64,000 nt of DNA, from the NCBI RefSeq assembly GCF_052425735.1, contig NC_135759.1, forward strand, positions 32,054,001 to 32,118,000, in the 5' to 3' direction. The stretch is from Oculina patagonica. Lineage: Eukaryota. This document shows positions 34,477-48,700 of the stretch, one piece after another (position 1 is the stretch's first letter; the number at the start of each line of letters is the position of its first letter). Both the position numbers and the translations under genes were made by a program. The notes beneath the pieces are model-generated. The model was not told the DNA's origin. It ran no database searches and saw nothing but the letters and a program-made list of their open reading frames with translations.

Positions 34477-37082
34477 ATGTGGTGTTTTATTTCGGAGCCG
34501 AACGGCATAATTCACGAGATTTTCCTCCCGAAAAATGCCGTCGGCCAAGAGTGTTTGGACAAGGTGAGGAATTACAACTCGGCGATTCTCACCGTGAAAT
34601 GAATATTCCCAAGACACCTGTATGCCAGTTGAATTTCAGTCGACTTCCTTCACTTTCGAATTACTTGCTTTCGTTGTTTTGTTCGGTACTTATTTTATGC
34701 TTTGTCAAATCTTACAGGTTTGCGAAAAGCTGAAGCTAGTCGAGAAAGATTATTTCGGTTTGAAATTCGGTGGCGCGAAAGGAGCAAAATTTTGGTTGAA
34801 TTTGAGAAATTCTATGTCGTCGCAGCTGACTGGGAAGCCGCCTTATCGACTGTATTTCTTGGTAAAATTCTTCGTCAAACCACAAGAACTTCAGCAAGAA
34901 ATTACACGGTAAGAGAAACAGGTGAAATTTTTGATGTATGTTTTGCATTCTGTCAATTGTACCTGCCGAGTCGCCGTGCTGAAAATATACACAATTCTCG
35001 CGGATGGTGTTTGTCATATGTCTTTATTTTATTTAACTGCCGCTTTCACTTTCACATGTTTATATTTCTCTGAATTTTTTCGTTTCTTTCAGGCACCAGT
35101 ACTATCTGACTTTAAAGAACTTTCTAAACGAAGGGAAGCTAGAGCTGTCGTCAGTTCAAACGAAAACCATCGCTCGACTGTGCGCTCTGGTTGCTCATAT
35201 AGAGTGCGGCGATTTTAGCCAAGAGCGGGTGCCAAAATATTCATCTTACATTCCCATGTCTGTTTACAATGTGTACGCCAAAACCTCAGACCTTCAAAAG
35301 GACGCAGCGATCGAACACAGCAAGCTAGTCGGCGTTCCTGTCAGTGAATCGAAAGTAGAGTTTTTACACATAGTCTGTGGTATACAGGGCTATGGTATTG
35401 AACTTTTTCATGGCAGATTGAGCGATGATAAAGCGCTAAAAAAGGTGGATATTTACGTTGGCAATGATGGTATACGCGTGTTCAGCATTAACCACGAATA
35501 CGACTTGAAACAAGGAAAAGATGTAGCCAGAAGAATTCTTGAAAAAAGGTAAGCTTGTGTTTTGTCTCGTGTATTGAGTGTATGACAAGACCGCGGTTAA
35601 AAAAAAAAATTAGTAATATTAAAAATTATTTCACGAAAATCGTTTTGGCCTTACGATATTTAAATAAAACTGATGGAGACGGCGTTTTAAATAAGCCTGT
35701 GGTGAGGTATTTACAATACTGTGGAAAGCTGCTATAAAACCTATAATACGTACTGGCGGATCAACCACCATAGTTAACTACAGTTTTAATATAGCCCGTA
35801 ACTACCTATCACTTATTATTCTTATTTTTCTTTCAAAGTGAGTGCAGATAATTATCATATACAAAATTATTAATATCGTGAAGTTGAAAAGGTTAAACTT
35901 TTTGTTAAAATCATTAGTTGCCTTTCTAAGTGTGTTTTGAAATTCTGTTGCAACAGCGGTAAGGTATCTTCAAGCAATGAACTTATACCAGAGCTTATAT
36001 CTACTAAACAGCAAATTTTCTTCAACTGGAATGGTGTTTTGTCAACACAAAGAGCAGGAATTGAACGAGAAATTTATGTAACACTGTTTTATTGTTTCCT
36101 GTCTAGTTTCAGTTTTAAAAATCATTCGATCGGCTTTGGTGCCAATAAAAATTTTCCGCAAACTTTCGAGTCTTCCAAAAACACAAGCAGAATAATTAAG
36201 TATTTCAGCTTCGCGTTATACCAACTGTCTGTTATAGAAGTAAGATATTATTTAACTTGCATAATTAATTCCTATTAGTCAAAACCGCAGAATGCCATTT
36301 TTTGGCTGTGAGGACTTTCCTAATATTTCTCGGGGAAAGTATAAGCTGCATTCAACCGACTAACTAAATAATGCGATAGAAACCAGTGGGCTTACAAACT
36401 AAACGATCTTAAAGTTATGTCTGTTTCATTACATTTCATTTCATTTATTTCTGTCTTCTCTGCGGCGGTGCATTGAAGAAGAAATATATAATTTTATGGG
36501 CAACACAATTGAAAAGCCTCCTCAACAGAGCAGAATAGTGGGATGTCAGATATTAAATAACAAAGTTGGACTTCAAGCAAACAAATGCGACATTGTGTTG
36601 ACAGTGCTAACTGTGTCCATAAATAGGCAAATGAAAGAACGACTGATTACATCGCGGCAGTATTAAATTTACTGCATGCAGAAATGCAAAAAATAAAAAA
36701 AAAATCGGTGGTGACGGAAAAAGAACTGCTAATGTTTCGTTTCCTTTTTGGTCAGTTTGTGTTACAGTTTTTCCTGTATATCTACGAAGGACTAACAACT
36801 TTTTCCTCAGTTTCCGGTATAAATGAGAAGAGGCCTTGTGTTGTTATATACTCCGTGCTGTTTGCTTTTGTAATAGTGCTTTTGCCAAACAGCGGCAGAT
36901 GAAGTATTGCTTCACTCGTATCGTGTTTTATTACAATTCTAAAGCTAACCTCACAAGCATAGGCGTACGGGCAACTTTTGCCAGGGGGGGGGGAGACATT
37001 TCCCCAAAAATTAATTTTAAAAAAAGGGGGAAAAAAAAGGGGGGGAAAAAACAATAAAAAAAAAAAACAGCGGAAAAGAACC

Positions 37083-37113
<31 letters not shown>

Positions 37114-39156
37114 ACAAGCTGGCGGGCTTAGCGATAACCAATTGAAAGAGTCTTTGCCAAAGTGGGTACCCAACGTGAAGCACAACTTACGCTAAAGAAA
37201 ACTTCCTCTGCCATTTCGAGTTCCTGTTTTAATTTTACATGTAATTGCATACAATATATAATTCATGTCGTTTAGGCTGACAGATTTTGTATTAACAAAT
37301 CAATAGTCACTCAAAGTGGAAATCGAAATACAAGAAACAAGTATATTGCTTTTACTGATTCCAGTTCTGAAACCCTGGTGTTCATTGCGATATCCGATCG
37401 AAAATCTCTAATTAGTACAAATACGATTTCTTATCAGACATCGACAGGCTTAACCAGTGAAGCAGATGAATGAAAAAGTAGCAACACGCAAAGCTATCAC
37501 TGAAAATAGTACAACTGGATTTGTGCCGAGCTGATTTTTATTTGAGGGTCGTTTACCTGGAATTCTTGCTGAAACCAAAGTTACAGCTTCTTATGGATTT
37601 TTGTTGTTTTAAACAAAATGTCTGAAAAATGATGCTTAGTTTCAATGGCCAAAAACGTCAGGGGATGCGCTAATTTCCAAAATAAAATACACGCTCAGAC
37701 CTTTGGTTACACTAACACGCGAGAAAGCGACAAAAAAAACAGAACCTCTAAACAGCGTAATCCCAGGTATAATGAAGGATAATCTTCAGCCCAGCCAGGG
37801 TAATTAACAGTAAATATATGTGGAAACAACCCCCGCATAACGAGCTCATTTTCCTAATCCCTTTGTTTCACTGTAGCAACAATCACGATTTGGCATTTAG
37901 CATGGGATCTCAAGGGTTGAATTTTTTTAAAAAACGGTCCATTTGACGACAATTAAAATTTAAGCTCTTATAGACGCTTATTAAACCCTATAAGGATGGC
38001 GTTCAGCCTTCACAATGCTCCTCCTCCGGACTAACACGCTGTTGTGCTATGGCAGTATTTTTCCGGAATGTTTCTTTTTCTATTCGAGGATTCGGAAATT
38101 TGCCATTGTTTTGCTAGGAAAGTCGCTTGTTTTGGCTATTAGTGACAGACAGATACTTAGGCCGCTGAATATAAAGTGAGTAGAGAAAGTGAACTCAAAT
38201 TGCGCGCCGGTAGTGAACCTTTCATCAAACCCATGCTATTAATAAATGTTACCATATTGCACACACGAAGGTGGATATCTGTCAGGAAATGTTGTTTGCC
38301 CTGGCAATAATTTTTAAACGATCTCATTAACATGCAGAAAAGGAAAAGAGCTATGGTTTTCATTTTATTAGTGAGACAGGTGTATAACACTGATATTGGC
38401 CCGTACGTGCCGTTTGTCTTGTCTTGCAGGGTGTCCTTTGAAGATGTCTCCACAGTCTCCTACAATAACCGCTCGTTCACTGTCGTCCACGGGGGAACTG
38501 GGCCCCAAGCTCAACGAGACACTTATAAGATGAAGTGCGAAAGCGATGCCGTGGCCTTGTTCCGGACTTTTACGGAGTACCACACATTTTTCCAGTGTAA
38601 CACTGTAAAACGATCCGTTATCGATCAGTGTACGAGGACTTTAGCCGGCCGGCTGTTTTCCGTGTTTGTGCCTCGTAACGAGTTTGGCAGGATTTTCTTG
38701 TTTGACGTACAGCGCACGCGACGTCAGGCGTACAGCCACGCGTGGGGCGAGCTGAACTCGTGTCGGATGATTGACATGACAAGCTCCACCTCCGCAAGTT
38801 TCCGTTCAGTTGGTGCGTCAGCAGAGTATCGCCCTGTCCAGTCCCCCCTCTCCCATCGCAAGTGTTACAGCACAAAGAGAATTGACGAAGCCGGACCATC
38901 AAGGGGTGAAGGTCGAAGGGCTTTAGGTGAGAGAGAGTTCACGGAAAACATGTCTCCAGATCAACTCAAGGTTATGGTGCGACATCTACAGGACGCCCGA
39001 ATCTGCCAGATTTGCATGGATAGCGAGGTCGCCACTGCTTTCTGCCCGTGTGGTCACGTGGTTTGTTGTGTGGAGTGTTCAGCCATGTGCAAGGAATGTC
39101 CATTATGTCGAAGTCAAATCACTTATGCACAACGAGTGTTCTTTCCCTGCGAATAA
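34477..39156 (+). CDS. MYLIP: E3 ubiquitin ligase MYLIP/IDOL (FERM + C-terminal RING)
   Basis: Exons 34477-34563, 34718-34908, 35093-35548, 38430-39156. FERM motifs GQECLDKVC..EKDYFGLKF..WLNLRN..VKFFVKP..LQQEITRH and FRTFTEYHTFFQC; FLFDVQRT; RING CQICMD..TAFCPCGHVVCC..C..CPLCR. Confidence 0.95.
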
Positions 39157-40120
39157 AATGGCACATCGATTCTTCCTTGTCCATAAACCTCGTGACAGTA
39201 GCATGAAAGGGCGAACGTTGTTTTACGGTTAAAATAGAACTTAATCAACTACGCCAATCTATTGCCAATGGGAACTTAATAAAAATGCGCTCTACTATAT
39301 CGTTGTGGGATGGAAACAAGCTTAGTTATACGGTAATGATGCTATGCGATAGCAACCTAAATATAAATTAACTAAAAAAGACAGCGCAGTCCCTAACAGG
39401 TATTGTCTCTCAGCTTCACGAGGAGAGAAACAGTAACATTACTTTTTAACAAAACACTTAAAATATTTCTGTAAACAGTACCAATTATAGATAAAAAGGT
39501 TGCGTTTTATACAAAAATTGAGTAAGTACCAGAAGATGTTATCGGTAACGACATAGTAACAGTTATTTTGAGTCTAGAAAGTCACTTAGAAGAAGACTAA
39601 AAAATTTTTAGAGAAAAAGTTTTTCATATTTATTATGCAGCAAAAGAAAAATGCATGAATAAGATTAAGGTTTTGTACAAGAAACATTGTGTAAACTATT
39701 AAGATTAGATTGGCGAGTTCAGAACTAAGAAAAGATAATTTGGTCGTATAAAGCTGCATGTTGCCTAAACTCAGTTTACGCAAGAAAAGCGTAGAAAAGC
39801 TTATCGAGCTCTACATGAATGAATGGATTGACCATTATGTAACACTCTTGTACCACTGAGAGGTACTGAAGTTTTCTTCCATTGTCTAGCGAAGAGTGTA
39901 GTTCATTTGCTAAAATCAATCGATTTTTTTTTTGAGGGCCCATAAGTGCCTCGGCAGGTTTAAAAGGTTTGGCTTGACCCTTTTTTTAGTTATTTTGAAT
40001 CTTGTTTAGTTATAGCCAGTGTAGAGTGTAGAGGAGAAAAAAAGTCAGTCGAAGATTTTTTGAGGGCCTACGGTTGCCTTTTCGAAAGTTAATTTTAACA
40101 TCGGGCATGGTTACAGCGGA

Positions 40121-40392
40121 GCGACGCGCCTTAACGTGGCCACCCAACAAACTTTTTTACAAGTATGCTCTCGTAATATTATTATTTGTTTGATGAACTC
40201 GTCTCCCGCTTGCAAAGTTGAATACGATCAAATCAATTTCAAATCAATTTCAACTTTCTGCCCTGTTTGGGATTAATTGACGTGCTCTCAGCCATTGAGC
40301 GTGCAGAAATTTTTGTATGTATATTATTAATCAATTATACAAGATGACACTTGTAAAAACGTTTGTTGGGTGGCCACGGTAAGGCGCGTCGC
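40121..40392. repeat. ~44-bp inverted repeat pair (MITE-like)
   Basis: GCGACGCGCCTTAACGTGGCCACCCAACAAAC.. at 40121 and its near reverse complement ending at 40392. Confidence 0.7.
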
Positions 40393-41579
40393 ACTATTTA
40401 AGTTTCGACTTAAATCTGATTTTGTTATTTGCGCTGAATGGTTTTACACGGACTGCCGCGAACGTGACAACGTATTTTTCTTTGATTCATTGAGCGTAGT
40501 GTTTGGTTTCAAGCTCTGCAATCCCAAATCATTTGAAGATTCGAGAAGATTTTTTAGTTGGCCGGTCAGGGTCAGGTGAAAAACCAAAACTACTCGTTAT
40601 TTATTATGTTTTGCGTTGTGAAAGTTGTAAAACAACTCATGACTCTGTTAGAGCGCGCTAAGATAAAGATTTTAGTTAGGTTTTGCACAATAGGTATAAG
40701 AAGTGTTGTGTTTATAAAGTATTTCATTTTAGCATTTTAAACATTTCATTGCAGTTACGGTATTTATGGTATACCCAATATCTATCGATTGGGTTGCGAT
40801 TTAACTTTGATAATTCAGATACAGAACACGAAATAATTCCATTTGTTCCCGGTATTAAAATAAAGAGATGATGTAGATTTTTAAAACAAATAGTTACAAT
40901 TCCATAATAAAAGTGCTAATGTGTTATATTGATGTCATCAATCTCTTTTACTATGAGTTGACCAGATGGCTTTAGCAGTAGGATTTGTTTTTGATTTAAT
41001 TGTCCATTACTTGACCTGAGTTCTTTGCTATGATCTAACCTTGTGTTTCCATCTTAGTCATCGAACTGTGCTCAAAGAAGTCCCTTGGCACGCCGGAATT
41101 TGTTCTTCCCTAATTAACCCAGAATCGTTTTTTTCGTCCCCGACCCTGACCCAACCCCCCCCCCCCCCGCCCCTCCAACGCCTAGCCTAGGGGGTAAGGG
41201 TTCCCCATGTGCCTCCTGTCCAGTCAAAATAAAACTGGCCACACGAAAGAAGAAGAAAATCCTTAACTTCACACTGTTCACAGCCCTTTTGTTTCTCAAA
41301 TTTCTCTTAATGCACGCGGTAAAAGAACCGCTGGAGAAACACTCGCGCTTGCTACAATACCAATACAATCTTTATTAACGTGGTCAGCACGCTTAGCTAG
41401 AAAGCAAGTTTACACGAAATAAAAATTCAAAATAGAAAAATAAAAACTACTAAGAAGTGTATAAATTAAGTTAAGCTGTTTCTGTCATGTTCTTTTGCGT
41501 TGAAAAATAGGACTGTGAACAGTCTAGCTCAACTTGGAGTTGCTTTCACCGCCATTTTATTCTAAAATACACCTAATGA

Positions 41580-41925
41580 ACCCCCGGGGATACTCAAAAA
41601 AGTTTTATATTGGGAGGCTTCGCCCCGAGGTCCAACCCCTTACCCTTTCATATACCATTTTGACAGAAAGGGCACCCCATTTCTTATACCATTTATTGGA
41701 GAAAGGTACCCCTTTTATATACCTACACGACACGACATATACTTAAAACAGGAAGTTTTCTTGACATTTTTATGTAGCGCTTAATAAATTAAGACGATAC
41801 AGACATAAGTTGCACCTAAACTTGTGAAATTCCTACCCTTTTATATACCTAAAGCCTGAAAAAGGTACCCCCTTCGACTCCGCTTCGTGCGGAGCTTCCC
41901 CGTATAGGCCATTATAGGGAATGAA
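41580..41925. mobile_element. Non-autonomous repeat with CCCGGGG terminus (related copy at 43230-43678)
   Basis: Both begin GGGGTACT and end CCCC(G/A)TATAGGCCAT..AGGG, with internal repeated TACCCT motifs. Confidence 0.6.
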
Positions 41926-42109
41926 CTCTGGAAACGTCAACTGCTCGCAAACTGCTCCCAACGGAGCTTGACTGGATCCAAGTGCAAAATACCGTGAGGA
42001 GACTGAGACCTTTCGTCAAATCAAAGATGGCGGACGATACGGAAAAGATTGGTCTAAACACATTCATTGAAGTTCGAAAGGAAAGTTAGACTTTCAATAA
42101 TAGTTAAGC

Positions 42110-42742
42110 ATGGGACAAGATCAAAGCAGTAGTTTGTCGGGTCAGATGGGCCATCCAAATGTGCCTTATACTTCGTATTCCGTACAGAAAAATGACGACG
42201 GGAAATCGAAGTCAAAACAGAGAGCCAAGCTCGAAGACATTATGGTTGTCAATGCCCCGACTGGAAGCACAAAACTTGTCTCCAAAAAGGAAGATCGTGA
42301 CATAAAAAAGCTGAACAAAATACCATTCTTTTATCCACTACTTCGAGGGACGATAAATGCCCCGGCAGCGAGAGAGCTGGAATTCTTTGATAAATTCGAC
42401 CCGCGTCCTGGATTGTCTTTGTGTTCGCGGTACGAAAAACACTTGAAACAATGTGCAGAAGCCGTGTCGTTTGATCAACACATGCTCTCATCACAGATTC
42501 GAGAAATGGATGTTTACTGTGTTTCAGTTCTGCGAAGGGTAAACGACAGGTATAAGAGATTATCCCAGGCAGCTGTGCAGCTGAAGAAAGTTGAAGAAAT
42601 GAATGCAAACCTGAAGAGAATTGATGCTAATCTTAAACGGCTTGTACCCATGATGGAAAGGCTTAATAACGTTTTACCGGATGAAGAACGCTTGGAGGAG
42701 TTTTCTCTATCTCCTTACAGTATAGGAAGTATACAAAGCTGA
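42110..42742 (+). CDS. BORCS5: BLOC-1-related complex subunit 5 (myrlysin/LOH12CR1), intronless ORF
   Basis: N-myristoylation-type start MGQDQSS; AKLEDIMVV, IPFFYPLLRG, LCSRYEKHLKQCAEAVSFDQ, VPMMERLNNVLPDEERLEEF. Confidence 0.95.
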   Translation: MGQDQSSSLSGQMGHPNVPYTSYSVQKNDDGKSKSKQRAKLEDIMVVNAPTGSTKLVSKKEDRDIKKLNKIPFFYPLLRGTINAPAARELEFFDKFDPRPGLSLCSRYEKHLKQCAEAVSFDQHMLSSQIREMDVYCVSVLRRVNDRYKRLSQAAVQLKKVEEMNANLKRIDANLKRLVPMMERLNNVLPDEERLEEFSLSPYSIGSIQS

Positions 42743-42909
42743 CAGATGTGCTTGGGGTTTAATAAGTGTGACTCTTGAAAATGGAAAGATAGCCGAGAGG
42801 TTATGATTAAATTTGAAATTAATTGACACATGCAAAATACGCATACCAGTACAAATAGCGCAAAAGAATAAACTTAAAGGACCCCCCCCCCCCCCCACCA
42901 CCCAACACT

Positions 42910-43155
42910 CAGGGCCGTAAACAGACCTTTAGCATAGATAAGGCAAGATCTTGCTAGGAGGTTCTGGAAAATTTTGAAATCTAGAAGCTCTGAAACTCTT
43001 CCTTGAATGTTTTTCATGAGGCATTTTTTGAAAAAAAAAATAATCTTGTTCAACTGGGGATTATTTTCCCAACTAAACATATTTTGTTTTTAATTTTGGG
43101 TTAAAATCTAGACCAGGCAAGGGCCTCGTCTTGCCTCTTTCTAGTTACAGCCCTG
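42910..43155. mobile_element. CAGGG-terminal (hAT-like) MITE; opposite-orientation copy at 47158-47663
   Basis: CAGGGCCGTAA ... GTTACAGCCCTG termini and shared internal sequence. No clean TSD seen. Confidence 0.65.
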
Positions 43156-44422
43156 ATACTGTGTATCTTTCCTCACACCTTTGTAACATTTTGGACGTAA
43201 TAGGTGGAGGTGTTCGTTTAGTTGGGCCTGGGGGGTGGGGGGGGGGGGTACTTGACTTACGTTTAGGTATAAGGGTGCCGCTGGGGGTTTGAAACCCTGA
43301 CCCTGTTTAGGACAATAAAAACTTAAAATACCTACTCTAAACCCCCTATTTTAAGACCCTATTTAGGACAAAGGACAACATCGTCAATCATTTACGCTTT
43401 ATTGTGATTGCGTCCCATACGTGACGTTCGATGCATTGAAATCAGAACACCGATCCCACCAAATAAAATAATGCTTTTTATTGAAGCGAAAGTGAAAACA
43501 ATGTAAATACTCGACGACAGTCTTGCAGACATACCCTGTCTAGGACAGGTTCAGGCCCTGTTTAGGACAGAGGAGCTTGAAATTATATACCCTGTTCAGG
43601 GCCAGAGGAGTCAAAAAACCATACCCTATCCAGCGGCACGTCCCCATATAGGCCATATAGGGGAGTGCCCCCCCCCCCTTTATGTTATTGTACATGCTCC
43701 CAGAATAGTGACTATTATTTTATGAATTTACAAAGTACAGCTGAATATGTAAAGAAAGCATTTAATTTCAAATTAAAATAGATAATTTGCCATTATGGTT
43801 CACATCCTCCAAAAATGCAAAACATATAGCCTAGAGACATCTCTGGTTGCTTAGTGACCAGGCTATTAAACACAGTCATTTTTTTGCAGATGATGAATGA
43901 TAACACGTATACACAGCCATTAAATATGCAACCTAGAAAAGTACTATGAAAAGCACTATGAGGTGTTTATTGCGGTATCTCAGCTTTAGTTTGAAAACAG
44001 TTTTCAGGGGAGCTCACCAAAATTCATGCTGGTAGTGGAGATTAGTTGGCTTTAAGTATATAATCACAAATGACACAGAGAGATTCAATAAAATTGTTTT
44101 TATCCTTTATTACAAGAAGTTTCATAACTTATTTAACTTGAGATTGATGTCGTAATTGTTTTGTTTGCATTAACTGGAATGCAGGTAAAAAATGTCCACG
44201 TTAAAATAAAGATTGCCAATACTATCACTCTAATGGGCTATCTATACACTGACGGCTGTTGGCCCCTATAGAAAGATAGGGTGAGGGGGAGGAAGGATTG
44301 AAGGGCCATCACTTTATACAGGACTGGTTGGGAAGGTAATATTTTTACACAGGTGCATTTTCAGTAAATGCTGTTCATATTTTGGTGGTTACGATGACAG
44401 GAAGAAATGGCATCTTTCTGCT

Positions 44423-45693
44423 TTAATGCACTCTCTTCTGCTGTCGACTTCTGTAGATGTCATTGACAGGAGGTGCAGCAGAACTCTCATCATCACTTTC
44501 ATGATCAGCACCTGGTCTTTTGACCCCTCGTTTGTGTTGCTCAACCTCCATTCCATCTTCACTGCCTGGCTCAACACCATTTACAGGACCTAACTCGGCA
44601 TCCTGAGGTAGTCCTGTGGACACAACATGAATATAATGTGTGCAAATTAAAGACGTGATGGGATACCAAGACTCTTATTGTGACCAAGATCCTTATAAAT
44701 TCTAATTAAAGTTTTAGAACTACCAGGTCCATTTAAAACAATACAAAGAAATCTGTAAGACACTAGACAAACTGTTACAAGCAAATTTATTATAGCTGAG
44801 CTTGTTTAGCAGCAAATTAGACTGGTGCCTTTTGAAAAGTCAAAGTAGCCTGTACCTGAGGGTGGAAGATCTGGTATTTGACACTCCAAGGTTAACCTGA
44901 CAAAGTCGTCAATCATCACGAATGGACCCTGAACACAAAAGCAGAGATTCCACTCAATAAATAATTGCTTAGCAACTTCAGAAGATTTCACAGTAACTGT
45001 AATTCGCCATCATCTGTAAAGCTTGTATGATGTCATTTGACTAACGTGGGGACCACAGAGTAATTATGACAGTAAAGGTTGGATAAATTATGTGTTATTG
45101 TCTACAAAATAAGACAATGTGAGATGGAAAAATCTGTCATCTTATAATGAGTTTGGTGTCTATAATTCATCTATGTTTATCATTAAATACATGTTCAACA
45201 AAAAGGGCACCACAATTCTTATTAAATTAGTAACAGAAGTGGTTTTGCCTATTTTGCTGGTTATTATGGCACTGGTATTTCTGACAATGACTACAAAAGT
45301 CATATCAGATTTTCACAGTGCACCCTGGATGGAACTATAGAACTAAGAGCAGCAGTAAACATCATCTGAGAAACCACCTTGTCACAGAAACCTCCCCTGG
45401 TGCTGAGTGTGGTGGTAACCCTTAAATTTAAATATATTTATGTGGCTGACTAATTACCTGAAAGCACGAGGGAGGAGGTAACAAGGTCATAAGATGTGCA
45501 GCTGCTGGGGGTACAGGAAACACTCCACCTGGCACAGAATGAAGGCCAACTGCAAAGTAATGCACATTTATTTTTATCAGTAATTGAAACCAAAAGTGTT
45601 AAAATAATAAACTGTCCTCAGGAAAAATAATGTGCAATATTTTAACCTTAACAGACTTATTTTGCATAATAATCGTGTTTTAAAAAAATTACT

Positions 45694-45729
<36 letters not shown>

Positions 45730-48700
45730 GGGGGGGGGGGAGTCCGGGAATAATTATTCTTTTGGGGTTTTATGACTGTAAAAGGGGGCTTTTATATTGG
45801 TAGAAACTACTGACAGAAAGAACGCCCCACTAATTGTTGCTGACACAACTGAGTCTGCAGGAGAATGTTTTCAATGAGTAAGGTACATGATTTATGACCA
45901 TTTTCAATTGATCTTCTTACCAGCCCCTGCTGTTGGTTTGAATGGTGTCATCTGTGATGTGTCTGGTCTGGGAAATTTAACTGGCTTTTCTTCACTCTGC
46001 TCCTCTTGAGAAGCAACAGAGGAGAGAATGTTTGGCACACTACCACTCTGTCTTGTGGAACCCTTCAAATGCAAGTTTAAAAAAAAAATGATATATCAGT
46101 CTAATATTTATCATGACGTTGCATGCAGCACTAATGAAATCGTCACTACGACTGATTGTTTGTTTCCACAAGTAATCAACTTTTTAATAACTCTTCAGAG
46201 GACTCAAAGTGCATCGCAGGCTGCAACGTTCTCAATAACTTTTTCATCAAGTTCCAACCGCTGTATTTCAGCATACATGCACAGCAAGGGGCAGTGGTTA
46301 ACAGGCTTTCTTTATATGGTGTTATAGGACTCTATTACTTTGTGTTCAGAACTGTACTGTACAGCCCCACCAGATGTGGTGACCTAATGGTTTGTATGCT
46401 GGGTTCCAGATTGAGCTGTCCAGGTTCGAGCCCTGGCCAAGATCATTGTGCTGTGTTCTTGGGCATGACACTTTACTCTCAAAGTGCCCCTCTCCCCTGA
46501 GGGTATATTAATTGGGTACAAGAGAATTAATGCCAGAGGGTAACCCTGCAATGGACTAGTATCCCATCCATGGAGATGAGTAGAAAAAATGTTACAGAAA
46601 CTGGGATAAGCTCTGGTGGTATGTTATAGCCTGGATTAAAGGGAATGCAGCGTGTATAGGTAATTCTACACAGAAAAGTTAAAGTTGCTTGCACAACACA
46701 ATAGTAAGAACTTTTTTCCACATATTTATTGCCATTGTTTTGCATATAAATGTTACAGACTTACAATAGTAAGAACTAATTTTGCTAGTTTTGTCACTTA
46801 CCACATAGCCCATTATTTTTAGCTCCAAAGGAGTACAAGGGAAGAGATCCAAGTACTTGTACCTGTCAACAAGTACTGACGATTCATGGCCCTCTAGTTC
46901 CTATAAAGCAGAAATAACATGGTTAAAAAGAGGATGCATAGGGAGAAAAGACAAATGCCAAGAAAATACTTGACTGTCTTCCTGATGAGTGAAAAATCTG
47001 AACAACAGATCTAGACAAGCAGGCTCACCTCTTTGTAGAGTTCAAGTTTTCTATTCTCCACCTTTACTAAGCTGGCCAAGTCCCCACTTGTGGCTTCAAA
47101 TTCCAGAAATTTCCCCCAAACGTCACTGAAAAAAAGATTGTTAAAATGACCAGCTGTCAGGGCCGTAACTAGCAAGAGGCAAGACGAGGCACTTGCCTCA
47201 TCTAGATTTTTACCCAAAATTAAAAACAAAATATGATGAACAAATGTTCATCACCAGAGAGGTAAACTCTGATATGCCTATCTATATATTAAACAGAACA
47301 AATGTCAGAAAAAAATCAGATACCTGAGCGGGATTAAAAATCAGATACCCGGGCGGGATTAAAAATCAGATACCCGGGCGGGATTAAAAATCAGATGCCC
47401 GCTTGGAGCATCTGATTTTTTTCTGACAATTGTTCTGTTTAATATGTAGATAGGCATATCAGAGTTTACCTCTCTGATGATGAACAAAATATGTTTCGTC
47501 AGAAAAATAATCCCCGTTGAACAAGACTGATTTTTCTCAAGAAATACATCACGAAATATGTCTCTGAAAGAGTTTCAGAGCTTCTTAAGATTTTAAATTT
47601 TTTATGGAGAACCCCCCAGCAAGATCATGCCTCGTCTAAGGCAAAGGTCTGGTTACAGCCCTGGCACAGTCAGAAAGTTAGCTAACACTTGACAAACCTT
47701 GCTTTGTCTTTGGGCATAGAACTCAGAACTTTCTCAAACAGTACTCTCGTGTTGTTGTCATCTGCAAGGAAAATGAAAGTCTTCAAAATTAAGAATACAC
47801 CAAACTACAACTAAGTAAAGTTTTCATGCCTAGGCACAGTTTTCTTGTTTAAAATTTTAAACTTTGAAAGGATCTTGATCAATACAACTACCGGTAAGTG
47901 TCATTCAAATAATTTGAAAACTGCATGCAACACATCCCATGATGTTCGTGACATATTGGAGTACAATAAAAAATCTTTCCCTCCGATAAACAAAACATAG
48001 GTATTAATTTTAAGTTTCAGTGCACTTACCATTTAAATGTGATAAATAATCAACATAAGCCAGCACATAGTCTGTTTCATTCATGTATTTCTGTCATCAA
48101 AAAGGTAGCACAAAATTGTTATTAACAATAAGAATAAAATCAAAGTTTAGATGGACCTCTACTAACAACAGAGGTTAATAGATGACTCTTGGTTACAGAA
48201 AATTATGATTTTCAACGATACCTTTAAACCAAGCTCAAAGATCTTAAATGCAACTGCTTTGTCCTGAAATAAAATAATAAGGAAGCATTCTGTTATTAGC
48301 ATGGACCTTAAAACTGCTGTTTAATTAAATAATTGTGACAACACATAATAAAAAATTGTAGGCCTTACTTTGCTGCAGTAGTACTCCATAAGAGAGGCAG
48401 ATATGAAAACCTGCAAACAGATTAATAGATTAATGGATGTATTGACTGATTGACTGACAGACCAACCGGCCGACGGACCGACGGACCGACAGACTGACGG
48501 ACCGACCGACCGAGGGTGGGAGGGTGGGATGGGAGGGTGGACGGATGGGTAAGTCGATGGATGGATGGACAAAGGATTGGAAAGATGGAGGGATGCAGAT
48601 GGATGGTTCCTTTTTTAACTTTTCATCCTGGAATTACATTCTTTTTATTGATACCTACATGAAAGTTTGTTCTAGAATCCTCTCTTGCCCTCTTGAAAAT

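Noticed and set aside
36980-37112. G/A homopolymer-rich stretch (also 45698-45790) as a regulatory element
   Set aside because: Looks like degraded read sequence next to homopolymers inside repeats.
48210-48222. U12-type intron (donor GTATCGTT) in CSTF3
   Set aside because: Mismatch to GTATCCTT and no TCCTTAAC branch point near the acceptor.
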